This document shows, one piece after another, positions 53,491 through 64,000 of a stretch of DNA of 64,000 nt. The DNA is from Camelus dromedarius (taxonomy: Eukaryota): NCBI RefSeq assembly GCF_036321535.1, contig NC_087436.1, forward strand, positions 36,954,001 to 37,018,000. Direction: 5' to 3'. The notes below the pieces were generated by a model. That model was not told where the DNA came from and ran no database searches. It saw nothing but the letters and a program-made list of their open reading frames with translations. Each line of letters opens with the position of its first letter. Position 1 is the first letter of the stretch. Position numbers and translations under genes: made by a program.

Positions 53491-53910
53491 ATATACTTTA
53501 TATTAAACCACTGAAGATGTGGATTTTCCATAATAGACAACACTTTCAGTCTTATATATAGTGTTGTCTGGGATTCCAAGTATGGAAATTTTTGCTTACA
53601 GTTACAGAACAGAATATGAAGTCATATTTTTAATTAGGGTTGGAAAAAGGTTGAATATGAAAGTGTCAGATTCAGTTAGTCTAGTATTCTTAGAGTGTTG
53701 AATAAAGATAAAACTCATGTCATCTCTGCCATGTGAGTACACACATCTTTTTCTTTAGTCCATGCTTTTTGCAACTCCAGAGCTCTCAACGTAGATTGTT
53801 TTCCCTTTATTTACTGTGCTTGTGTAAAACTAGTATGTTTTCGCTGTTTTGTTTTTTTTCTTTCTTTATAGTTTCTGGGTGGTAGTCAAGAAGGAAGACG
53901 TGATGCCAAG

Positions 53911-54340
53911 GTGTGGTGGGTGCTATGGATCCTATGGATGCCCTGCATAGGTTCCCTTTAATGGGCCGGTGCATGCATCTCTCAGATCCTGTGATCCTTA
54001 ACAACTCCCAGCCATCCTGTTCCCCAGGGGATTGCCCTCAGTGGAAAGGAAGCCACCTTGCCGTGGTTGTTAGGACTTTCCCTCACAGCCAGCTGGGGTG
54101 GAGGCACAAAAGTCTGGCCCCTTGTGTCAAGGTAGGGCCAACTTTTTTGGTGCAGTTCATGCCTGAGAACTCTGGAAAGGATTAGGCTGAAGCTAGACTC
54201 CAGCTGAGACCTAATCTTTGTTTAGCTCCTTCCCTGTTTTACCCTGCTTCCTTCTCCCCTTCTCCTGAGAGGGTTCCCTCAATAAATCACCACATCCAAA
54301 TCCTGTTAAACTTTGCTTTTAGAGAACCCACACCAAGACA
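53911..54340 (+). mobile_element. ERVL LTR (LTR16-like)
   Basis: Starts TGTGGTGGG; ends CCCTCAATAAATCAC...TGCTTTTAGAGAACCCACACCAAGACA with an internal poly(A) signal. Confidence 0.65.
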
Positions 54341-57125
54341 CAGGTATTACTGTGGTAACTTAGGGGAGAGGTGAAGATTAGTTAAGAGGATTGCTGTCAG
54401 AATTAATACTTCTTTGAGGTTAAGGATAGCCCTGGGCCAGCAAGTCCTTGCCCCACTATCTATTGTAACAGGCACATTGTGCTTAAGAGTAAAGCTCGAA
54501 GAAGTTGATGTGGTGACTTGGAGAGGGGAGCACTTTAATGGGACTAAAAGCAACTTGTCTAGCAAAAGACATTTAGGGGCTTATGATTAATTACAGGACC
54601 ATCCAAATCCAATCTCTCTCACTTTTTGACCTCTGTGCTGTTCTTAGTTTTTTTCCTCAGTTACAGAGACAATCAAGGAAAGGAGGTAACACTGAAATGC
54701 CTTCTTAGGCTTATTGTGTAAAAAGTTTGGCACTTTGTAAATGCTTGCTGTAGTAAACCTCCTGAGGATCTTTGACTTGATGGAATTTACAATATGTTGA
54801 GAAGCTTGGATTCATAGATTTGAAATAAAATAGAGAATTATGCAAAATAGTATGCAGTGTCTTCAAAAATTTCTGTGCACTATAAAAACTTAGAAATGAT
54901 ATAAATATACTGTGATTATTAAAAGCAAAATTAGTATAATTTAGGGTAATTCCCTTTCCCCATCATGTCTAATATATTTTGATTCAAATGTGTAAGCCAA
55001 GTGAGAGCAGATTTTGTAAATGGGAAGGTTAAGTGTCTTATAGCCAATGTCTAAAGAGACCTAAAGCCACATTAATTGTTAATTGTGTGGCCTGAGACAA
55101 ACTTCTCTGGTCTCGTATGTTGTCCAGTCAGACAGGGTTGTGCTACACCATGGGGTTCCTGGTCTCTGCGCATTGGAGGGGTATTTAGTTAATATCATCA
55201 TCCAAGGCGGTAATGATCTCTGTTTCTACATATTTCTTTTTTATAAAGTCAATTTAAAAGGGGTATTTATTAATTTTTTTCTTTTAGAACAAGAGAGTTT
55301 CCAAATTGGTACCATATGTTGGAGACCAATATGTACACTCACGATTCAGTCACTCAGCTAACCACCTCTAGCTGTGTTGATGGTTTTGACTTTAATGCAA
55401 TTTAATTGCTTTTATTCTTAGTGATGAGTTGTTTAATTTATGCTTACAATGATTGCTTTAAAACCACAACATAAGATTATGTTACTGTATTACACAATAA
55501 TTCAGTAAATTTGTTTCAAGATGTATTTATCACATCTGAGATGCAAGCATCTGTTTTTGTTTTTAATGTAGCCCACCAAGATGTCTCTAGTATCTGAAGA
55601 CATGTTTAAAAAGAGAAAATATAGTGGCAGTTTTGTCTAACTTGGCATTTCATTTATTGTGAATAAAAATTCCCTATCCTGCTGATTATTTGAGAAGTGC
55701 TTAAAATTAGCATGAAAGCTTTGCTCATCATTTTGAAACAAAACACAATACTTAAAAAATAATACATTCCCTGCCTTTTCTAGATGCAGAATGAAAGAAT
55801 TCCAAATAACATATTATGTAAGCTCTTTTTATTTATTTTTGATGCTGTGTCGTAGCCTCTTTTCTATGTTTTGAAATAAATTTGATCTTCAAAAAAACCT
55901 CTTATCTTTTACACAGTTAACTTACAGTGAAATAAACAGTGGGCATCACTTGTTAAATGGAAAATAAGCATCACCAGTATATGTTTTTATTACAAATATT
56001 GTAAATATTGTATAATGATCAATTTTATAATGCTACCTTAAATAATATAGCAATCTAAAATAAAATACCTAAAGTCTTTAAAGTTGCATTTCTATTGAAA
56101 AATTACCTTTCTACACAAAATTAATTGCAAAACTGTACAATCAAAAAAATGAAATAATTATTAAAATTCCTAAGGGTTTTGAAGGGTTATATACTACTAT
56201 GAAAATAGTTTATGAATCCAAAACGAAAACATTGGATTAATGGTTTCTAAGATTTTACCCAGCCCTGGAATACTATTTATACTCAGCTGTCATTTTTAAA
56301 AGGGTAATTTCTGCCCTCTTCACTAGGTTTTCAACATTTTTTTCTAACTTTTATTGAGTAATAGTCATTTTACAATGTTGTGTGGTTTTCAACATTTTGA
56401 TGGTTTGTTTGCTATAATGCAAATAGCAATATTGATATTGGTACCATTTTCCTTAAATTGTTAACATGCATTACAAGGACCTAAAAGGAAACAAGAAAAT
56501 AGGCAGTGGGAGGATTTGGTACCCACCGTCTTCGATAACCCTTTATTAGAACCTTGCAATCACTGGGACAGTGCAGTGCCACTCTGGAAATTATGCGGAG
56601 TTAAACAGAGGATTCTTATAATCTCTTAGTTAATTTTTAATTTTATTTTACAAAAATTTTACTTTTAAAGTGCAAAATTTTATTTTAAAATAATGCAAAT
56701 ATCTTATGGAAAACACAAAAAAACAGGTAGGGGAAGCTCATAATTCTTCAGTTTACAACCAACTAAAGGTTTTTTCTTAACAGACTTTTCCTATAAGTGA
56801 AATCATAGAATATACACAATTTAATGTTCTTTTAAAATTATTGTCTTTAGTGCTTTCCACATTGCTATACAGCCTTCATTATTCTCACTTTCAATGGCTG
56901 CATAATAGCCCACAAAATGGATGCACTAGTCCCCAGTTATTGGACAGTTAGGGCCTTATTTTAAATACTGCCTCAATTATGGCTTCTAACCTATTTTGTG
57001 TCTTTTTCATGGATTAAATATCCAGAATTGGGGTTATGGATATATATTTATATAATATATATATATACATATGTAAAATACAGCCACATAGATTTGTAGA
57101 TTTGGAAACATATTACTAAGTTGCT

Positions 57126-57260
57126 TTTTTTGTTTGGTTTGGTTTGAGGGGGGAGGTGATTAGGTTGGTTGGTTTGTTTGTTTATAACAAAGGTACTGGG
57201 GATTGAACCCAGGAACTTGTGGATGCTAAGGACACTTTCTACCACTGAGCTATACCCCCG
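57126..57260 (-). mobile_element. Vic-1-like SINE
   Basis: GGTACTGGGGATTGAACCCAGG...CTACCACTGAGCTATACCCC; TSD resembling GTTGCTTTT on both sides. Confidence 0.85.
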
Positions 57261-57685
57261 ACACCAGGTTGCTTTTGAAAAGGGTTTTATTACTAGTTTA
57301 AAGCATCATAGTTGATGAGCACTTGCTCTCTCTACAGCATATAGTGGTATCATTTAAATTTTTTCTAATTTGAAAGGCAAAATAAAGAGATATCTTGCTC
57401 TAATATTATTGTTTACAAGTGAAGGTAACAAATTTCTGTGTTTTTTCAGCAGTCACCTTCTTTGTGAATTGTCTGTTCATGTTTTTCTCATTGGAGTCCT
57501 AGTATTTCTTTTTAAAATATTTGTATGAACTGTTCATAGAGGTACTAACTGCACATATGTATCCCAAATTTTTTTATATTTAAAATTTTTGTGACATATT
57601 GAAGTGTTTAATCTTTATTTTCCTATCTATTTTTTTTTCTTTGTGGTTTCTTCTATTCTCTTTTAAGATCAGACAAATTCTTTTC

Positions 57686-58089
57686 TGTTAATGGCTGAAT
57701 TGTGTTCCCTCCTAAATCCATATATTGAAGTCCTAACCACCAGTACCCCATAATGTGACTGTATTTGGAGATAGGACGTTTAAAGAGATAATTAGGTTAC
57801 TAGGGTTAAAATTAGGTTACTAGGGTGGGCCTTTATCCGACATGACTGGTGTCATTAGACAAGGAGATTAGGACACAGACTAACACAGGGGGAAGAACAT
57901 ATGAAGACACAGTATGAAGATGGCCATCTATAAGCCAAGGAGAGATGCCTCAGAGGATTGGTTTGGTTCATTACTGACACCTTGATTTTGTTCTCCTAGC
58001 CTGTGAGATCCTATAAGAAAATTAATTTCTGTTGTTTAAGCTACTCAGTTTGTGGTAGTTTATTGTGGTGGCCCTATCTAACTAATACA
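57686..58089 (+). mobile_element. MaLR LTR (MLT1A/B-like)
   Basis: TGTTAATGGCTGAATTGTGTTCCC...GAAGTCCTAACC...GTGACTGTATTTGGAGATAGG...AACTAATACA. Confidence 0.88.
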
Positions 58090-58219
58090 CCTTCCAACCC
58101 CCTAAATTCCGTAAAATGCTATAACAATTCTGTTTTATCCTATCTCCCCTATGGCTTTATTTTTAAAATTTATTTGTATTTTTGTTGAGTCTAAATTGAT
58201 ATTTTCTCCAAATTGCTAT

Positions 58220-59231
58220 ACTGCTAATCCATCTTCAGGCATTGTTGTTTATTTCAATATGGAGTTATTTTAGCCTCAGAAGATGTTATTTGCCTTTTTC
58301 ACTGTGTTGCCATTTGAGTGTGAATCAATGCAGTGGCTTCAAACTGTAGTTGTCATCTTATTCTTCATGCCACACATTGGCAGGAAACAAAGCTTCATGT
58401 AAAAATGTCCTTTATGAAGCAGTGAAAATTGTTCATTTTAAATCTATACTTGAGTACATATCTTTTTTAATATTCTGTGTGGTGACATAGGAATTATGCA
58501 TAAAACATTTCTACTGAGTATGGAAGTACATTAGTTGTTCCAAGGAAAAACACTTGCATGATTATTTGAGTTGCTAGCTGAACTTGCTGCTTTTTTCACA
58601 AAACACTTTTTTTTTTGAAAGCATGACTGACAAATTATGATTATTCAGACTTGGGTACTTGGCATACACTTCCTTGTGAATTCAAGAAGAGAGACTATCA
58701 TTTCAAGGCAAACAACTAACATTTGTTGCCAGCGGTTAAAATTTGAGCTTTTAGGCACAAATTGGTGTTTTGAAGAAATTTGTGACAGCTTTCCAATACT
58801 TCAAAAGTTTTCTGATGGAATTTGTGATTATATTAACAAATGGACTTTTGGAGGTGTTGTATAATGGAGCCATATTCAACACTGCAACTAACTTTCCAAA
58901 AACTACCACTTGTTAAGTTTGGACCATATTTTCTTCATATACTTAAAAAACAAAACCAAAAAACAACATGTACCAATAGGTTGTATGCAGAAGTAGATCT
59001 GTGACTCCCCTGTTTACTATTCAGGTGGACAGTAAATAGATTTGCAAACAAAGCTAGTCTTTTTACTTTTATTTTGGAAAATAGTTATTTTTCATTAAAA
59101 TATTTATGTAGTAAGTTTTTTTTACTATATTTTTTAAAATGTAGTTTTAATTTATCATATGGTAACTCATAAAAGGTCTTTGGGTTCTCAATTGTAAAGG
59201 AGTCCTAAGGCCAAAAGTTTGAGAATTGCTG
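58220..59231. mobile_element. hAT Charlie1-like DNA transposon fragment
   Basis: Decayed hAT transposase-like sequence ending in the terminus CCAAAAGTTTGAGAATTGCTG. Confidence 0.75.
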
Positions 59232-59349
59232 CTGTAAAGCTAACTCCTACGGAGGTGAAACCAAATACTTGTGTGGGACCCTTTCCAGTGCCGGTGAATC
59301 ACGTTAGAATCTACACAGGATTGGGACTCACCTTCAGACTTTACACAGA

Positions 59350-60080
59350 AAGACTTAGAGGTGCGGTTTAGGCCTGCAGTAGGGGTGGAGCGAAGACTGC
59401 GTCTCCCGTCTCCCTGGAAACCATCCATCTCGAGTCTCCTGGGCCACGCCCTCCGTTCGTCTCCGCCTCTCATTGGAGCGGGTTAAGTCAATGGGCTGTC
59501 TGCTGGGAGGGGGCGGTGCTTCATTTCCGTCCGGAGCCCACTCGAAGGGACGTACTGACGTCACGCAGGACGCCGCTGCCCTGACGCTCCGCCCTTGCAT
59601 CCCCGCGAGCCGAGGCTGCCGTACCTGGCGTTGCCCCTTAGAGGGGACGCGAGTCGTTTCCCTTCAGAGGCCTGGCGTCCGGTAGCCTCTGTCCCACCTG
59701 TCCCGGCGTGACGCTCCCCAGCGCGTCCGTGCCGCCGTCATGGACCTGAATTTAAACCGAGCGGATTATTTACAGGTAAACCTGAGGGGTTGAGGCGGGC
59801 GCTGCGCGGGGTGAGCCCCGCTCCCTGAGAGGATTCCATCCTTCCACCGCCGTCTGTTGGGTCTCCCGGAGCCGAAGCGGCGGGGAAGGAGCGGGTCTGG
59901 GTGTCGCCCCCACGACGCCTTCCTCACGGGCAATTCTGCCTCGTTGGTGACAGTCCACTGGGACCTGGAAAGAAGCGGCACGGGCCCCCGCGGTGCTGGC
60001 GTCTGCCAGGTCCTGAAGATGCTCCGAGTGTCCTGACGCGATCCCGGGTTCCTCCCCAGGGCCGTTCTCCTGTATTACGG
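59350..60080 (+). promoter_or_regulatory. BBS7: CpG island / BBS7 promoter
   Basis: Sharp GC/CpG enrichment; X-box GTCTCCCTGGAAAC 59408-59421, inverted CCAAT 59472-59476, GC box 59511-59516, palindromic CRE TGACGTCA 59556-59563; no obvious TATA. Confidence 0.9.
59740..59775 (+). CDS. BBS7: BBS7 exon 1 coding part (BBSome subunit 7)
   Basis: Kozak-like gccgccgtcATGG; MDLNLNRADYLQ then CAG|gtaaac; resembles the recalled human N-terminus MDLILNRMDYLQ. Confidence 0.92.
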
Positions 60081-60329
60081 TATTATTACCATAATAAAAT
60101 TATATCATCATAGATCATAAAAGCAATGACAACCATTTTGTAGCACCTAGTTTATTCTAAGAGCTTAACATATATAAATATATTTAATCCTCATAAAAAT
60201 TCTCAGAAGGGCTCAGAGAAGGTAACGTGCATAATAGTGAAAAATGTCGCTGTTGTTCCTGTTTGAAGCAAAGTCTCTGACTCCAGAGCTGGTGTTCATT
60301 CTGTTACACCACCCTGCCTTTCAGTACTT

Positions 60330-60830
60330 CAGCCCGAGACTTTCTCTCCTCCAGCTCCTCCTTTTTCAGTAATTCTGCTTTGACTAATAGTACAAATGTT
60401 TGCCAGGTTACGTTCCTTCAGAGTTTTGCTAGGTACTTCCCATCTTAATGTCTTCCATATCTAACTGGTCCCCACATATTGCTGCTTTTATCTCCTGAAT
60501 ATCTCTTGAATCTGTCCCATTTTCTCCCTCCATCTCCGTTATCCGCGGTTCAATCCTCATCTTCTATTGCTTGGATAATTGAAATAGCTTCCTAATTGGG
60601 GTCCTAGCCTCCAGCTTCACCTTTCTCAGATCGCTTGCTAGATTGAGTTTCAAAGATAGAAATCTAAACAGATTAGTTTAAACTTTAATACTACTCCCTA
60701 GAATACAGAATAAAAAGATAGATCTATATTATATGTAAATTATTTCATGATCTGTTGTTTTCTACAGTTTCTCTCCCTTTGGTCCCAGCCTCCTCCCCTA
60801 ACTGTGCACCACTAGTGATAGTTCCCTGCT
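60330..60830 (+). mobile_element. L2 fragment in BBS7 intron 1
   Basis: TATCTCCTGAATATCTCTTGAATCTGTCC...AATAGCTTCCTAATTGG..CCTAGCCTCCAG are L2 motifs. Confidence 0.6.
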
Positions 60831-61300
60831 GAATAAACCATATTTGTAAAATAATCTTCATCATCAGTTAGACTGAATGTCATTGTCATCTGCATGTTTG
60901 GTATTTTAGCAAAAATCTTCTGTGTTGCATTTTTAATAATAACAAATCTATTTCCAAAGATTTTTAATTACTTTACAAAAACTCTTTAACAACTGTCTGA
61001 AGTTGTAAAAGAAGGCTTCTAAAAATATTTTTATGTGTGTGAAGTATCTTGCCAGTAATGTCACATAATTATTTTTGGCTTGACAACTTCATAGTATGAA
61101 TTTTACTGTTTTTGGTTGTTTCCTATATTCTGACTTCTGTGGCATATTTCATTAGAAAATAAGTTCATTGCTGATGATAATTATTTCATATCATAAGTAA
61201 TTACAATAAAAATAAGGATTACTATGATTAGAATCTGCTGGTCCTTTTAATCTCTGATGTATCAGAAGACTTTCACTAGGTGGCTGGTTTGTTTCCTTAG

Positions 61301-61366
61301 GTGGGAGTGACCTCTCAGAAGACTATGAAGCTACTTCCTGCCTCAAGATGTAGAGCTACACAAAAG
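61301..61366 (+). CDS. BBS7: BBS7 exon 2
   Basis: tttccttag|GTGGGAGTG encodes VGVTSQKTMKLLPASRCRATQK; donor AAG|gtagag; 66 nt; the gene continues beyond the window. Confidence 0.93.
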
Positions 61367-61885
61367 GTAGAGATACTGACTTCTCCATATCTCCTTAGCT
61401 CTGACAGAGGAGAGTTTTATACTTCCTTCTTTATTGATAAGTTATTTGTTTTTAATTCCAAGAATAAAATGGAAATGAATTCTTTTAATTTGAATAGAGG
61501 TTTGAATATTAGGAACATTACAGACAGCAATTTTCTTGGGCATTATAATTTTTTGTTTAAAAAAATTTTTATTGAAGTATAGTCAGTTACAATGTGTCAA
61601 TTTCTGGTGTACAGCATATGTTTCAGTCATACATAGACATACGTATATTCATTTTCATGTTCTTTTTCATTAAAGGTCATTGTAAATTATGTACAATTAG
61701 TAAATAGTGTAAGCAAACTCATTGAAAACCATCTTCCATTTTTCTGGTAATAATTTATCCTGTGTGTACTTATGTGTACCAGGTTGTGGTATATGAAAAA
61801 AGAAATATAAAACGCAAGAGTCTGTAGAGAAAATGCTTTTTAAAAACTTTATTGTATTTTAAAAATAATTAAGTATTTTGATGTT

Positions 61886-61975
61886 AAACATTATATTTAA
61901 CTAACAATATTGATTATTTTTATAGAAACATTATATATTTAACTAACAATATTGATTATTTTTATAGAAACATTA
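61886..61975. repeat. Tandem duplication, about 40-42 bp x2.2
   Basis: AAACATTATA(TA)TTTAACTAACAATATTGATTATTTTTATAG occurs twice. Confidence 0.9.
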
Positions 61976-62131
61976 ATCCTATGATTTCCATAAGATAATT
62001 ATAATTTCTTAGTAGACTAATAGGATTGTTTTAATAGCTGCAAAATAAATATAGTATTCCTATAAATTGACATTTTATCAAAATAAATCAACAGATTTTT
62101 GACTGTCATTTATTGTATTCAGTCTGCTAAA

Positions 62132-64000
62132 TCAACACTTCTCAAACTTTTGGTCTCAAGACTCTTTTACATTTTTTTTTTAAAGATCAGTTTATTTATT
62201 TATTTATTTAATTTTTAAAATTGAAGTATAGTTGGTGTACAATATTATATAAGTGGAAGTTAGATAATATTATATAAGGTAAAATATAGCAATTCACAAT
62301 TTTTAAGGTTATACTCCATTTATAGTTATTATAAAATATGGTCTATATTCCCTATGTTCTACAGTGTATCATAGTAGCTTATTTTATGCATAATAGTTTG
62401 TACCTCTTAATCGCCTGCTTCCATATTGCCCCTCCCACTTTCCCTCTCCATACTGGTAACCACTAGTTTGTTCTCTATATCTGTGAGTCTCCTTTTTTGT
62501 TATATTCATTAGTTTGTTTTATTTTTTATGGTTTTTTTTTTCACTTAGCATAATACCCTCTAAGTCTATCCATGTTGTTGCAGATGGCAAATATCATTCT
62601 TTTTTCTGGCTGAGTTGTATTCCATTGTGTGTATACCACATCTTCTTTATACATTCATTTGTTGATGGACACTTAGGTTGCTTCCATATCTTGGCAATTG
62701 TAAATAATGCTGCTATGAACATTGGGGTGCATGTATCTTTTTGAATTTGCATTTTTGTTTCTTTTGGATATTTACCCAGGAGTGGAATTGCTGGATTGTA
62801 TGGTAGTTTTTTGAGAAACTTCTATACTGTTTTCCACAGTGGCTGCACAAATTTTCATTCCTACCAGCAGTGTACGAGGGTTCCCTATTCTCCACATTCT
62901 TGTCAACATTTGTTATTTGTGCTCTTTTTGATGATAGTCATTCTGAGAGATGTGAGATGACATCCTATTGTGGTTTTAATTTACATTTTCCTAATGATTA
63001 GTGATGTTGAGCATCTTTTCATGTGCTATCGGCATTTTCTTCTTTGGAAAAATGTCTGTTCAGTTCTTCTGCCCATTTTTTTCATTGGGTTGTTTGCTTT
63101 TTTGATGAGTTCTATGAGCTATTTATATATTTTGGATATTAACCCCTATTGGTCATATCATTTGCAAATATTTTCTTCCATTCAATAGCTGGTCTTTTTG
63201 CCTTATTGATGGTTTCCTTTGCTGTGCAAAAACTCTTTCAGTTTGATTAGGTCCTATTTATTTACTTTTGCTTTTACTTCCTTTGCTTTTTAGGAGACAG
63301 AGCCAAATAAATACTGCTATGATTTACGTCAAAGAGTGTTCTGCCTATGTTTTCCTCTAGGAGTTTTATGGTATCTGGTCTTACGTTTAGGTCTTTAATC
63401 CATTTTGAGTTATTTTTGTATATGGTGTTAAATTACTGAGGATCGTAGGTTATATCTATCAATGCTTACTATATTAAAATTAAAACCAAAAAATGTCTAA
63501 AATATTTACCATTTCATTAAAAAATAAACACATTGCATGTTTACATAAATAACATTTTAATGAAAAGTAACTATTTTCAAAAACAGAGAGAATTTAATGA
63601 GAATGGTTGCATTGTGTTACATTTTTGCAAATTTTTTATTCTGGCATTAAGCAGAGGCACTTGGCTTCTCATGTCTGTTTTCTACATTCAGCCTGTTTCT
63701 GTATGTTGTTTTGGTTGAAGTATATGAAGAAAATCCAGTTTACATAGATACGTAGTTGAAAATAGGGAGCACCAGAACTTAACACAACATTGTAAATCGA
63801 CTATAGTTCAATTAAAAGTATTTTTAAAAAAGAAAATAGAGAGGAGTATTTAAATAGCAATTCCATATAAATTTTGGCTCTTCATATTTGATACGACACC
63901 TGAGCTTGATAAGTAGTAGTTTCTTAAACATTAGTTTCTTAAACAATGTGGAATCTAAAACCGTATTGATTAGCTTTTTGTATTGTGGTATATTGAAATA
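62132..64000. mobile_element. Charlie1-like element, opposite orientation to the 58220 copy, interrupted by L1s
   Basis: Terminus CAACACTTCTCAAACTTTTGGTCTCAAGAC; sequence resumes AAATTACTGAGGA at about 63430 and is the reverse-complement homologue of the 58890-59231 stretch. Confidence 0.75.
62185..63428 (-). mobile_element. 5'-truncated L1 (ORF2 3' end and 3' UTR) in BBS7 intron 2
   Basis: T-tail, TTGAAGTATAGTTG, GATGTTGAGCATCTTTTCATGTG, TTTCCTTTGCTGTGCAAAA; ORF-track hits are L1-like. Confidence 0.92.

Noticed and set aside
53490..59350. Hidden gene between TRPC3 and BBS7
   Set aside because: Mostly LTR, L1, SINE and Charlie remnants plus AT-rich DNA; no coherent exons or recognisable RNA gene. 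A lncRNA cannot be excluded from sequence alone.
59240..60113. Several 60-80 aa ORFs in the CpG island
   Set aside because: Stop-codon scarcity in GC-rich DNA; the real coding part is the 36-nt BBS7 exon 1.

Overview
AT-rich mammalian genomic DNA, very probably a camelid (alpaca/llama/camel): it carries eight copies of a tRNA-Ala-derived SINE resembling camelid Vic-1, and I recognise no Alu, B1/B2 or Bov-tA. The + strand holds 11 coding exons of TRPC3 (2532-51828). Spliced from ATG 2536 at canonical GT-AG junctions they give exactly 848 codons, the length of the short TRPC3b isoform; the TRPC3a-specific first exon must lie upstream of the window (exon numbering here follows the 12-exon TRPC3a model). 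A 3' UTR with several poly(A) signals follows. Further downstream, about 8 kb past the TRPC3 stop codon, are the CpG-island promoter and first two coding exons of BBS7, also on +, the same order as human 4q27. The rest is intron or intergenic sequence rich in L1, L2, MIR, ERV/MaLR LTRs and hAT/mariner fossils. I see no new gene or novel multi-gene system. The best leads are regulatory: a 5-copy STAT GAS-motif minisatellite before TRPC3 exon 2; splice-control signals around the CIRB exons (skippable 84-nt exon, AG|GTATGT recursive/poison site, NAGNAG, G-quadruplex); an L2 remnant in the 3' UTR complementary to L2-derived miRNAs; inverted SINE pairs around pore exons; and an X-box plus CRE BBS7 promoter bracketed by inverted Charlie1 copies. 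Repeat family names and miRNA/orthologue sequences are recalled from memory, not searched.
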